Shown here piece by piece: positions 49,482 through 58,678 of a stretch of DNA of 64,000 nt. How positions within the stretch are numbered: position 1 is the first letter of the stretch; each line of letters opens with the position of its first letter. The stretch comes from Acidimicrobiales bacterium. GTDB lineage: Bacteria > Actinomycetota > Acidimicrobiia > Acidimicrobiales > Bog-793. A program made the translations under genes and the position numbers. The DNA lies in contig JBEKEM010000003.1 of the NCBI GenBank assembly GCA_050013835.1, positions 73,710 through 137,709 of the forward strand. The letters are read 5' to 3'. A model generated the notes under the pieces. The model was not told the origin of the DNA and did not search any database. It saw nothing but the letters and a program-made list of their open reading frames with translations.

Positions 49482-50435
49482 ATGGCGGGCTACTCCTTCT
49501 ACGAGGTTCTGAACGTCCCGAAGGACGCAACCCAAGACCAGATCCAGTCCGCTTATCGAGCCCTGCTAAAGCAGGTTCACCCCGACATGGGCGGTACCGC
49601 GGGCATGCTCGATTTTCTCCAACGTGTTTATGAGGTGTTGTCGGACCCTGCCAAACGTCGAGCGTACGACGAGCAGCTCGCGCGGGGTGAAGCAGCTGGA
49701 GCCAACTGGACGTCACGCGATGACCACACCGGCTCCGCCGATGCAACAGACAGCCACCAAGAAAGCAACTGGAACAGTCACCAAGCATCCACGAACTTCC
49801 GAGCGTTGACCGGCATTCCATTTGAGCTGTTCTTGGCAGACGTCTTCGAGAGGCGAGGATGCAAGGTGTTTCACAGACCGTCTGCCGCGTTGGTCGACAT
49901 CGCCATCAGAAGTTTGGCCGGCGGTCTAACGGTTGTGTCTGTGACGTCATCCATCAACCGGATCCCCCCTCGATTCCTCTGGGAAATCGATTGGGCTCGC
50001 AAGCACGTGAAAGCAGACGCGGCCATGGTGATCACAAACTCGACGTTTACTCCCGCGGCAATTAGAGACTCTTGGTCCTACCAAGTGCATCTCTGGGACT
50101 GTGATCGACTGGCTGCTTTCCTAGGCGGCACCGATAAGGGCGCGTGGAGTCCGTCTCAGGTTTCACCCGCAGGCGCTAAGGAGAACCAAGCGGAACCTCA
50201 ATGGTCATCGCAGCAGTACGTACGACAAGAGAGTCAGACTCCCCAACGTGCACAGTCCATGAATGTTGTCCACAGTCACCCCGAGGCCACTCTGCTCCTT
50301 GTTGGGCTGGTTGGGGCTGCTGTCTTCAGCAAACTCCCCTTCTTGGAGCTAGCAGCTTGGCTTCTATCCATTATTGCCTTGGTTCTGCTGTTCGGACGCC
50401 GGCGCGGTCGCGGGCGTGGCAGCCGGCGACGTTAG
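49482..50435 (+). CDS. J-domain protein fused to a degenerate Mrr-like restriction-endonuclease fold and C-terminal TM anchor
   Basis: J domain YEVLNVPKDATQDQIQSAYRALLKQVHPD (HPD present). The Mrr_cat-like region is FELFLADVFERRGCKV...VDIAI...VVSVTSS...MVITNSTFTPAA, with the (Q/E)xK position replaced. The hydrophobic C-terminus ends in RRRGRGRGSRRR. Confidence 0.7.
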   Translation: MAGYSFYEVLNVPKDATQDQIQSAYRALLKQVHPDMGGTAGMLDFLQRVYEVLSDPAKRRAYDEQLARGEAAGANWTSRDDHTGSADATDSHQESNWNSHQASTNFRALTGIPFELFLADVFERRGCKVFHRPSAALVDIAIRSLAGGLTVVSVTSSINRIPPRFLWEIDWARKHVKADAAMVITNSTFTPAAIRDSWSYQVHLWDCDRLAAFLGGTDKGAWSPSQVSPAGAKENQAEPQWSSQQYVRQESQTPQRAQSMNVVHSHPEATLLLVGLVGAAVFSKLPFLELAAWLLSIIALVLLFGRRRGRGRGSRRR

Positions 50436-50533
50436 CCGCGTCAAGCAGACGCGGTGCCCTCGAAACCCGACAGACACGATGTCCTGACGCTTGCTTGCCT
50501 TGAGCGGAGAGCGTGTCAATGGCGGCATAGACC

Positions 50534-51724
50534 TCAGCCTGCGGGTGCACCTGCAGGAAGCTCTGCTGGCTCCATCGCTGCAAGGAGTGCTGCCTTCTTT
50601 GTCGGGTTGAGCACCTGCCCCATGATCTCGGCAGCAGCCCGGTCCCGTTGTTCGATGACATGGGCATATACCCGGAGAGTGAGCGAGGGGTCGGTGTGGC
50701 CGAGCCGTTCTGCAACGGTTCGGATGTCCACACCAGCTCCGATGAGTTGGGTTGCTGTGAAGTGCCGGAGGTCGTGCAGTCGGACACTCGGTGCTCCGAC
50801 TGCATCCCGGACTCGGATGAAGAACGAGGTGACGTTGTCGGGCCGGAAGGGAGTCGTTGCCTCCACGAAGGGGGAGAAGACGAACGCATCTTTGGCGAGC
50901 TTTGCTCCTGCCTCTTTCGCCCACTCGTCCACCTGGGCCCGGTACTCGGTGAGGAGGGCGATGCCAACAGCATCGAGAGCTACCTTCCGGGCCCGGTCGG
51001 TCTTGGTCGACTTCTCGGCCAGGCCACCCGGCACGACAACAACGGACCGGGAGACCTCAACGATGCCGAGCGTCAGGTCGAGGTCGGTCCAGCGAAGAGC
51101 GCACAGCTCCCCCCGGCGCATCCCAGTAAGCGCAGCGAGCATGAAGAACGGAGCAAGCCGAGGGTCCCGGTTCTCGGCCTCTTCAATCACCTGCCGGACG
51201 ACTTCGACAGACGGAGCACTCACCTGGGTGCGAGGCACCCGAGGGGGCTTTGCCATCTGGGCAACGTTCGTCTTCACCCATCCCCAGCGGACAGCCTGGT
51301 GGAGGGCAGCCGAGATGATGGCGTGGTGGTTCCGAATCGTCTTGGTGGACTTCCCACTTGCCTTCATGGCCCCGTAGAGGTCGTCGAGGTGCTTGGCCGT
51401 GAGAGCAGTGAGCGGCACCTTCTCGAGCCGGGGGCGGATCGTCCGCTTGATCTGTGCCTGGTAGGTCCGGAGGGTTGTGGGCGAGAGGTCGAGCCGCTCG
51501 CACTCTTCGAGCCACTGATCGAGGAGCTGGCCGAAGGTCGCTCCCACACCGTCCACCGCTGGAGCCTGCTGGTCAATGAGGTCACGGAGGGCTGAGTCGG
51601 CATCTCTCGCTGTGCCGTGGAACGTCTTCGAGATGAGGCCGTACCTGCCGGAGACGGGGTTCTTCCCAGTGGAGACCCGTAGCTCCCAGACACCCTTCCG
51701 AAGTTCCCGCTTCGACCCCCGCAC
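50534..51724 (-). CDS. int: Tyrosine site-specific integrase
   Basis: RRGELCALRW, HDLRHFTATQL and LGHTDPSLTLRVYAHV (R-H-R-Y catalytic set). Adjacent to tRNA-fMet. Confidence 0.9.
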   Translation of the reverse strand: MRGSKRELRKGVWELRVSTGKNPVSGRYGLISKTFHGTARDADSALRDLIDQQAPAVDGVGATFGQLLDQWLEECERLDLSPTTLRTYQAQIKRTIRPRLEKVPLTALTAKHLDDLYGAMKASGKSTKTIRNHHAIISAALHQAVRWGWVKTNVAQMAKPPRVPRTQVSAPSVEVVRQVIEEAENRDPRLAPFFMLAALTGMRRGELCALRWTDLDLTLGIVEVSRSVVVVPGGLAEKSTKTDRARKVALDAVGIALLTEYRAQVDEWAKEAGAKLAKDAFVFSPFVEATTPFRPDNVTSFFIRVRDAVGAPSVRLHDLRHFTATQLIGAGVDIRTVAERLGHTDPSLTLRVYAHVIEQRDRAAAEIMGQVLNPTKKAALLAAMEPAELPAGAPAG

Positions 51725-51754
51725 GAAGACCAGCGTAGCGAAGCCTCAGGCGAG

Positions 51755-51777
51755 TTTTTGGGATTGATTTTGGGATG
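51755..51777 (+). promoter_or_regulatory. Putative integrase arm-type sites (2x TTTTGGGAT) between int and tRNA
   Basis: tttttgggattgattttgggatg matches 3981-4003 at the other ICE end, in the same orientation. Confidence 0.4.
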
Positions 51778-51835
51778 GCAGCCCGGGAATTGGAAGAGCC
51801 GGTCCCTAAAGACCGGCCCTGACCTGCTCTTTTCT

Positions 51836-51912
<77 letters not shown>

Positions 51913-52028
51913 GTGCACTGAGGATCAGATTTTACCATCACCACCCGGCCGGCGACCGGGCTGCAGAGGACCTCTACCCGTGCGAACGGGCTCCCGGCGC
52001 CGCTGCGGTCGGAGGGGTGCGGGTCCTA

Positions 52029-54974
52029 CTACGCCGCCGACGAAAGGGCCTTCAGCGCGTGGGACTTGCGAACCGGCGTCGTCGTGGTGGTCGGTGTCGA
52101 GGGCGTCGCATTCACAATCGCGTTCGCCTCGCCGAGGAGCTTGCCCGCATTCGTAACGTCCTGCTGGTAAGCGCCGAGATCGCCGTGCGCCAACGCGGTC
52201 TTGGCGTCCTGGAAGGCGGCGACCGCCTCGGCGATGTCCTGGCGCGCCTGCGCGGGCACGGTGCTCTTCGTGCCCGTCCCCTTCCCCTTCGGGCCGGTGC
52301 TGGCCGGGGCGCTGCCGAAGATGTCGGCCAGGGCACCGCCGAGAGTCGGCTCCATCGCGACGTCTTTGCCGTAGACGACGACGACGTCGACGAGTTGCGG
52401 GAAGGGGGTCTGCGACGACGAGACGTAGAGCGGACGGACGTAGATGAGCGAGTCGGCGATCGGCAGGATCTGCACCGTGCCGAGCGACACCGTCGACCCC
52501 CGGCTGTCGAGCAGCGTGATCGCCTTGGAGATCTTCGGGTTGGCGTTGATGTCGGCGTTGGCGAGCGCCGGCCCGTGGATCGACTCGCCCGGCGACACGT
52601 AGGCGTCAAGCTTGCCGTATCCGTTGGCGTCGGAATCGGCGACCAGGAGCGCCCGCAGCGTCTGCAGGGTGTCGTTCGACGAGAAGGGCACCAGCGGCTC
52701 GATGGCGTCGAACGTGAGGGCGTTCTGGCCGGGAAGCTGGAGGAGTTCGTAGACCGGCGTGTACCGGGCCACCGAGCCGTTGGCGGCCAGGGCGAGTCCG
52801 CTCGAGGGCGATCCCGAGACCGAGTTCGAGGTCTGCGAGAGGTCCCAGGCGTCCGACAGGCTGTAGAAGGCCGCCGCCGACTCGATGTGGTAGCGGCCAT
52901 ACATGTCGGCCTGCACCATGAGCAGGTCCTGCGGGTACCGCAGGTGCTGGCGGATGATCGGGTTCATGTCCTTCAGCGGCCGGAAGAGCCCCGGGAAGGC
53001 GTCCTCGTACGCCCGGATCAGCGGGTCACCAGGCGCGATGACGTAGAAGGACATCTTGCCGGTGTAGGCGTTCACGACGACCTTCACGGCGTCGCGCACG
53101 TAGTTGTACGTTCCCGCGAGCCCGCTCCCGGCGGGCAGCTCCTTCGTCACCGCCGGCTGTCCGTAGGGGAAGTAGTCGCTCGTCGTGTAGGCGTCGAGGA
53201 CCCAGTTGACCTGGCCGTCGGCGACGACAGGATACGGGTGCGAGTCGACGGCGAGGAAGGGCAGCGCCTTGCGGACGCGGGCCTCGATGTCGGGGATGTA
53301 GATCAGCCGGGATTGCCCCGTGACGAGGTTGGAGATCAACAGGTTCAGGTCCCGGAGGTGGATCGCGAAGGTGAGACGGTTCAGGAACCCCCCGATCGGG
53401 ATCCCCCCGCAGCCGTGGCAACGGCCCTCGACGTTCGTCCCGTTCGCCGCCTGGTACTCGACCTCCGGCTGCTTCGTGTCGACGATGACGTACCCCTTGT
53501 CGCCCGGCGCGTAGTAGACGACGGGACGACCGAGGGCGAGGGTGGCCGACTTCGCTGTCGCCGGGATGCTGCCGGAAAGGAAGCGCGGGAGGTTGCTCGA
53601 ATTGGCGACGTTGCCCGCGGCGGCGACCACGCCGTAGCCGTGCGTGTACTGCAGGTGCGTGTTCACCCAGCTCTGCTGGGCAAGCCCGCCGGGGTTCAGC
53701 GCGCGCACGGCGACGGCGACCGGCGTCGTCTTGCCGTCGATCTGGTAGCGGTCGACGGCGACCGTGGTCAGCTGGTAGTAGCTCTTGATCTGCTGCAGCT
53801 TCTGGAACGTCGGCACCGCCACCGACGGGTCCCAGAGCAGCACGTCCGAGAGCGTCTTCTGGTACTGGGTGAGCACGGTCGGCGTGAGGTCCTCGTTCGC
53901 CGGGAACGTGTGCCGGGTGACTTGGTCGATCCCCATCGCGTCGCGGGTCGCGACGATGTTGTCCTTGATGTAGGGCAGCTCGAGGGTGCTCTGCGCCGGG
54001 GTCACGCGTAGCACCTGGAAGATTGCCGGGTAGATCACGCCCACGACGAGGGCGAGGAAGGCCCACAGCCCGAAGACGATCGCCGGGAGCGCGAGCGAGC
54101 GGCGGTAGATGTTCAGGCTCAGCACGACGAACGCGACGAGCGAGATCACGGCGAGCAGCGTCAGCGCGGCGAGGCGCACGTGGACGTCGGTGTACGAAGC
54201 ACCGTGGACGACACCTGACGACGACAGGTCGAGGCCGTACCGGTCGACGAAGTAGTAGGCCCAAGCCCGCTCGAGGAGCATCAGGGCGAGGATGAGCGAG
54301 AGGTGGGCGATGGCCCGTGGTTCGACACGGGCACCGCGGCGGAACTGGACCGCCCCGTTGAGGAAGTAGGCGATCGCCGTCACGATGAGCGTGACGAGGA
54401 GGGCGACGAAGATCCAGTCGACGAGGAACGACAGGAACGGCAGCCGGAACAGAAAGAAGCTCACGTCCCGGTGGAAGAGCGGGTCGAGCCGGCCGAAAGG
54501 CAGCGCGTGCTCGAACAGGATCCAGTGCTGCCACTGCCCCGACGCCCCGATGCCCAGGATGAGGGCGATGACGAGCGACACGACGGTGCGGAGGATGATG
54601 GCGTAGGGCCCGACCGTCGCCTGGTAGCGCCGGACGAGCTCGTTGTCCGAGGCGAGGAAGACCGCTCGCGGCGTGACGGTGTCGACGACGAGCAACGACA
54701 CCCACAGGAGCGCCCAGGCGATCACGACGAAGACGACGGAAAGCACGACCTTCGTCGCGGTGACCTCGCTCCAGACGTTGCCGAGCCCCGAAAAGTGGAA
54801 CCAGAGGAAGTTGGCGTAGAAGCCGGCAAGACCCTCCACGACGACGAAGGCCACGAGGAGCGCGACGACGAGCGCGACAACAACGATGTGGCGGCGGCGC
54901 ACGGGCGGCCGATAGCGCGGCTCGGGCGGCACCCTCACGATCGATTGCGTCCCCCCGCCGGCGCGAGCAGGCAC
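52029..54974 (-). CDS. UPF0182-family large membrane protein
   Basis: About 980 aa, with N-terminal multi-TM region (FYANFLWFHFSGLGNVW) and a large extracytoplasmic domain. Synteny with the PDZ-Lon protease matches mycobacterial Rv3193c/Rv3194c. Confidence 0.8.
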   Translation of the reverse strand: MPARAGGGTQSIVRVPPEPRYRPPVRRRHIVVVALVVALLVAFVVVEGLAGFYANFLWFHFSGLGNVWSEVTATKVVLSVVFVVIAWALLWVSLLVVDTVTPRAVFLASDNELVRRYQATVGPYAIILRTVVSLVIALILGIGASGQWQHWILFEHALPFGRLDPLFHRDVSFFLFRLPFLSFLVDWIFVALLVTLIVTAIAYFLNGAVQFRRGARVEPRAIAHLSLILALMLLERAWAYYFVDRYGLDLSSSGVVHGASYTDVHVRLAALTLLAVISLVAFVVLSLNIYRRSLALPAIVFGLWAFLALVVGVIYPAIFQVLRVTPAQSTLELPYIKDNIVATRDAMGIDQVTRHTFPANEDLTPTVLTQYQKTLSDVLLWDPSVAVPTFQKLQQIKSYYQLTTVAVDRYQIDGKTTPVAVAVRALNPGGLAQQSWVNTHLQYTHGYGVVAAAGNVANSSNLPRFLSGSIPATAKSATLALGRPVVYYAPGDKGYVIVDTKQPEVEYQAANGTNVEGRCHGCGGIPIGGFLNRLTFAIHLRDLNLLISNLVTGQSRLIYIPDIEARVRKALPFLAVDSHPYPVVADGQVNWVLDAYTTSDYFPYGQPAVTKELPAGSGLAGTYNYVRDAVKVVVNAYTGKMSFYVIAPGDPLIRAYEDAFPGLFRPLKDMNPIIRQHLRYPQDLLMVQADMYGRYHIESAAAFYSLSDAWDLSQTSNSVSGSPSSGLALAANGSVARYTPVYELLQLPGQNALTFDAIEPLVPFSSNDTLQTLRALLVADSDANGYGKLDAYVSPGESIHGPALANADINANPKISKAITLLDSRGSTVSLGTVQILPIADSLIYVRPLYVSSSQTPFPQLVDVVVVYGKDVAMEPTLGGALADIFGSAPASTGPKGKGTGTKSTVPAQARQDIAEAVAAFQDAKTALAHGDLGAYQQDVTNAGKLLGEANAIVNATPSTPTTTTTPVRKSHALKALSSAA

Positions 54975-56773
54975 CGGCAGCCGCCGTGGGCGGGGGGATG
55001 GGCTTGTCCCGTGGGGAATGCCTCACCGGGCCCGAGGAGTCCCGCGAGTTCGTTGTCGTCGCAGTCCGAGCAGCGGCTCGTCCCGTCGTCGACGACCCAC
55101 GAGACCAGCGTCCCCGACGAGCGGACCGCCTCGAGCGTGCCCAGCGCGAAGGCGTTCGTCACGTAGTCCCCCGCCGTCTCCTCGATCCGCTCGGTCTTCC
55201 AGTCGCGATAGGCGGCACTGACGGCAAGCCGGAGCGACTCGGCGTCGCCGTCGCGCAGGCTCTCGCCGAGCCGGCTCTCGATCGAGTCGGCGATCTCCTT
55301 GCCCAGTCCCGCGGCGAGCGACTCGGCGGCGGCGCGGCAGGCGGCGTCGTCGGGGGCCCCCGCGCCCGGCGTCCCGTCGACCGGGCCCATCGCCTCCCGG
55401 GCGAACGCCTCCCCCTCGCGCCACACGCTCGCGAGCGCCGGTCCTGCTGCCTCGGCGAGGTGCCGTGCCTCGTCGGTGAGCGAGAACAGCGCCGAGGTGT
55501 CCCTGCCCGGGGACGCCTCGCGGAGCCGGACCATCAGTTCGTTCTGCTCGACGCGCATCGCCCGCTTCAGCACGTGGACCAGTTCGGCGAGCGGCGCCTT
55601 GACGCGCTCATCGCGCCGGCGGAGCAGCTGGTGCCGATCCACGGTCGTGTCCCCGAGGCGCAGACTCTCCGGGACCGGATCGGTGTCGCCCCCGGCGGGC
55701 GCCGGTTGCGTGTCGGAGGCCGGAGGCTCCTCGCCCGCGCCGAGATCGATGGCGGGCACCAGGTCCGCCGCCTCCGGCGGGGGCCCCGCAGGGACGGGCG
55801 GGGACCCGCCACCGGCCGACGACTCGCGGATCCGCGCGAACAACTCGTCGACGATCGCGGCCCCCGACGTGTCAACGACGGACGCGGTCTTTCCGGCGGT
55901 GCCGCCCTCCGCCTCTTCCCCCGCCGCCTCCCCCGCGGCGCTGGCCCCGAACGGGTCCGCCGTCGCCGGCTCGGCGCGCTCGGCGACAGCTCCGCCCGCT
56001 TCCGACGCGTCGGAGTCGATTTCCGCCACCGGGTAGGCCGGAGCCCCGGCTTCGTCGGATCCGACCAGTTCGGCGTCGGGCTCCAGCTCAGTCGCACGCC
56101 GGGCGACCTCGGCTGCGGCGCGGGCGTCGTCCTCCGAGCCATCGAGCCGCGCCTGCACCGCCGCAATCGTGTCCGCCACGTGGGCGACCACCGTCGCGAG
56201 CGTGTCCTTGCCGGCACGAAGCTGCTCGATCTGGGAGTAGTACACCTTGCGGCGTTCGGCGAGGTCCGAGAGCACGCGACGGCGCACCTCGCGCGACTCG
56301 TCGATCATCGCCCGGCAGTCCTCCTTCACCTCCTCGATCGTGGTGTTCGCCGCGGCGCGCGCGTCGCTGACGATCGCCAGGGCTTCCGCCTCGGCGCGGT
56401 GGCGGAGCTCCTCGCTCGCGGTTTCCGCCTCGGCGACGACGCGGGAGGCATGGGCCTCGGCCTTGGCGAGCACCTCGTTCGCCGCGGCATGCGCCGCGTG
56501 GAGGACCTTCGCCGTCTCGGAACCAAGCGCGGCCGAAATCGTCGCTTCGTCGATCTCCGGTTCGGCGGCGCGGCGTTCGGCCTCGGCGAGGCGGTCGGAG
56601 AGCTCCTGCTGGCGGGATCGCGCCACCCTGACGAGCTGCGAGACGTCGACGAGGAAGCGGTGCACGGCCTCGGGGTTGTACCCGCGCCAGACGACCGGGA
56701 ACTCGCGGCCCGCGATGGCATCAGGTTCGAGGTGCGGGTGCGTTGAGATCGAGATCGGTCGCGGATCGGCCAC
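54935..56773 (-). CDS. DivIVA-domain protein with Cys-rich C-terminal PPxHxxCRC motif
   Basis: N-terminal GREFPVVWRGYNPEAVHRFL (DivIVA) and coiled-coil. The C-terminus CSDCDDNE...HPPAHGGCRCLL resembles the Mu-F/SPP1-gp7-like motif. Confidence 0.7.
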   Translation of the reverse strand: MADPRPISISTHPHLEPDAIAGREFPVVWRGYNPEAVHRFLVDVSQLVRVARSRQQELSDRLAEAERRAAEPEIDEATISAALGSETAKVLHAAHAAANEVLAKAEAHASRVVAEAETASEELRHRAEAEALAIVSDARAAANTTIEEVKEDCRAMIDESREVRRRVLSDLAERRKVYYSQIEQLRAGKDTLATVVAHVADTIAAVQARLDGSEDDARAAAEVARRATELEPDAELVGSDEAGAPAYPVAEIDSDASEAGGAVAERAEPATADPFGASAAGEAAGEEAEGGTAGKTASVVDTSGAAIVDELFARIRESSAGGGSPPVPAGPPPEAADLVPAIDLGAGEEPPASDTQPAPAGGDTDPVPESLRLGDTTVDRHQLLRRRDERVKAPLAELVHVLKRAMRVEQNELMVRLREASPGRDTSALFSLTDEARHLAEAAGPALASVWREGEAFAREAMGPVDGTPGAGAPDDAACRAAAESLAAGLGKEIADSIESRLGESLRDGDAESLRLAVSAAYRDWKTERIEETAGDYVTNAFALGTLEAVRSSGTLVSWVVDDGTSRCSDCDDNELAGLLGPGEAFPTGQAHPPAHGGCRCLLAPAGGRNRS

Positions 56774-56791
56774 GGCGTGCAGCCTATGACC

Positions 56792-58009
56792 TCACCGGGG
56801 GCCCGTCGCGGGCACGAGCCTCCCGCCGAGACGCTCGAGCGCCGCCACCGCCTGGCCGATCGAGGACACGGCGATGACCCGGAGCGTCGGCCCGGCGTTG
56901 GCGCGGGCGACAGCCGCGTTGGCGGGCGGCACGAGGAAGACGCTCGCGCCCGCCTCCCGCACGGCGACGGTCTTCTGGGCGACCCCGCCGATGGCGCCGA
57001 CCGCACCGTTGTTTGACATCGTGCCGGTCGCGGCGACCCGCCGCCCTCCCGTGAGGTCGGCCCGGTCGAGCTTCTCCACCAGGCCGAGGGTGAACGAGAG
57101 CCCGGCCGACGGCCCGGCGATCCCGTCGGCCTGGATCGAGACCCGGAAGGGCTCGTCCTCGTCCTTGTAGAGCTGCTCGGCCCCGAAGGGCAGGCAGCTC
57201 TGGGGGCGCCCGGCGTGGCGGACGACCGGCCCCTCCTTCGCGCCGACACCGACGCAGGGGTAGCTCGGAGCCGAGGCGGGTCCGACGCGTTCGAGCTCGC
57301 CGACGACGAGGGACCGCTGGCGTGTAGTCGTCGTCCCGAGGCGATGGAAGGTGAATTGCAGGGAGGTCCCGGGCGGCGTGGCCGTGACGAGAGCGGTGAG
57401 CGGGCCGAGACGGGGCGTGCTCTTCGAGTCGACCGCCGTGATGACGTCGCCGACGGCGAGTACGGAGTCGCCTGCCGCTCCCGGTTCGGTCGCGTCGACG
57501 ACGGCGCCCGCCGGCACGGCGCGGGGGTGGTAGCCGAGTGCGCGCAGGGCGACGAGCACGGCGGCCTGGCGCGCGGTCGCCATCTCGATGATGCCCTGCT
57601 CGCTGTAGGCACTGGAGCTCGCTCCCCCCGTCAACTCGGCGGTCGAGACGATCTGCGCGTGCTCGTCGAAGCGGTAGTAGAGGTAGCCGAGCGCCGTCAG
57701 GGGGAGGATCCGGACGTCGGTGAGGATGACGCTGCCGCGGTGGGTGTGCGCCGCTCCCCGGGGCACCGTGATGAGCTGGGCGACGTTCACGGGGGTGCCC
57801 GGAGTGATCGCGTCGTAGGACACGGACCACCGCCCGGCGACGAAGGCGGCGACCAGCAGCACGACGACGACCCCCGCGGCCACCCGCCAGACGATCTGCC
57901 ACCCGCCGCGCGGGCCTGCCCCGGCATACCGGGGCCCCGCCCCGGCGAAGCGGCTTCCGTCAGTCCAGGCCGACTGCCCCGGGGTCATCCCGGTGCCGTC
58001 GCTCGCCAC
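56792..58009 (-). CDS. PDZ-domain Lon-like (S16) serine protease
   Basis: N-terminal TM, a PDZ region (GDVITAVD) and the Lon catalytic region GPSAGLSFTLGLV. Confidence 0.8.
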   Translation of the reverse strand: MASDGTGMTPGQSAWTDGSRFAGAGPRYAGAGPRGGWQIVWRVAAGVVVVLLVAAFVAGRWSVSYDAITPGTPVNVAQLITVPRGAAHTHRGSVILTDVRILPLTALGYLYYRFDEHAQIVSTAELTGGASSSAYSEQGIIEMATARQAAVLVALRALGYHPRAVPAGAVVDATEPGAAGDSVLAVGDVITAVDSKSTPRLGPLTALVTATPPGTSLQFTFHRLGTTTTRQRSLVVGELERVGPASAPSYPCVGVGAKEGPVVRHAGRPQSCLPFGAEQLYKDEDEPFRVSIQADGIAGPSAGLSFTLGLVEKLDRADLTGGRRVAATGTMSNNGAVGAIGGVAQKTVAVREAGASVFLVPPANAAVARANAGPTLRVIAVSSIGQAVAALERLGGRLVPATGPR

Positions 58010-58051
58010 GTCCCGTAGCCTGCCACGGAGCGGAGTGATCGAGAAGTCGCC

Positions 58052-58678
58052 ATGGAAGCTGCGCAGACCGGCGGGAGCACCGACGAGACCCGTCGACGGT
58101 TCGCGGCCGCGCGCGCCGGGCTCGCCGGCGACGAGCGCAGCGTGCGGGCGTTCCTCGACGACCGCGCCGCGCCGGTGCGGGCGGCGGCGATCGTCGCGCT
58201 GGTCACCATGGGCCGGTCCCGACCCGCCGACGTGCGCCGGGCACTCGGCGACCCCGATCCGCGCGTGCGCCGCGCGACGTGTGAGCTCGCCGGCAACCTG
58301 CCACGAGCCGACTTCACCGCCCTGCTCGGGGACCCCGACCCGACCGTCGTCGAGGCGGCGGCGTTCGCCGTCGGTGAGACGGGCGACCGCCGGGCCTGCC
58401 CGCGGCTAGCGGCGATCGCCGGGTCACATGCCGACCCGCTCTGTCGCGAGTCGGCGGTCGCGGCGCTCGGGGCGATCGGGGACGACGCGGGCCGCGCCGC
58501 CGTACTAGCCGCCCTCGGCGACACGCCCGCCATCCGCCGCCGGGCCGTCGTCGCCCTCGCCGCCTTTGGTGGGCCCGATGTCGAGTTGGCATTGCGGCAA
58601 CGGCTCACCGACCACGACTGGCAGGTCCGCCAGGCGGCGCAGGAGGTTCTCGGGATCAGCGGATTCGGGCCACGCTGA
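58052..58678 (+). CDS. HEAT-repeat protein
   Basis: Repeated DPDPRVRRA / DPDPTVVEAAAFAVGE / AIRRRAVVALA units. Confidence 0.6.
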   Translation: MEAAQTGGSTDETRRRFAAARAGLAGDERSVRAFLDDRAAPVRAAAIVALVTMGRSRPADVRRALGDPDPRVRRATCELAGNLPRADFTALLGDPDPTVVEAAAFAVGETGDRRACPRLAAIAGSHADPLCRESAVAALGAIGDDAGRAAVLAALGDTPAIRRRAVVALAAFGGPDVELALRQRLTDHDWQVRQAAQEVLGISGFGPR

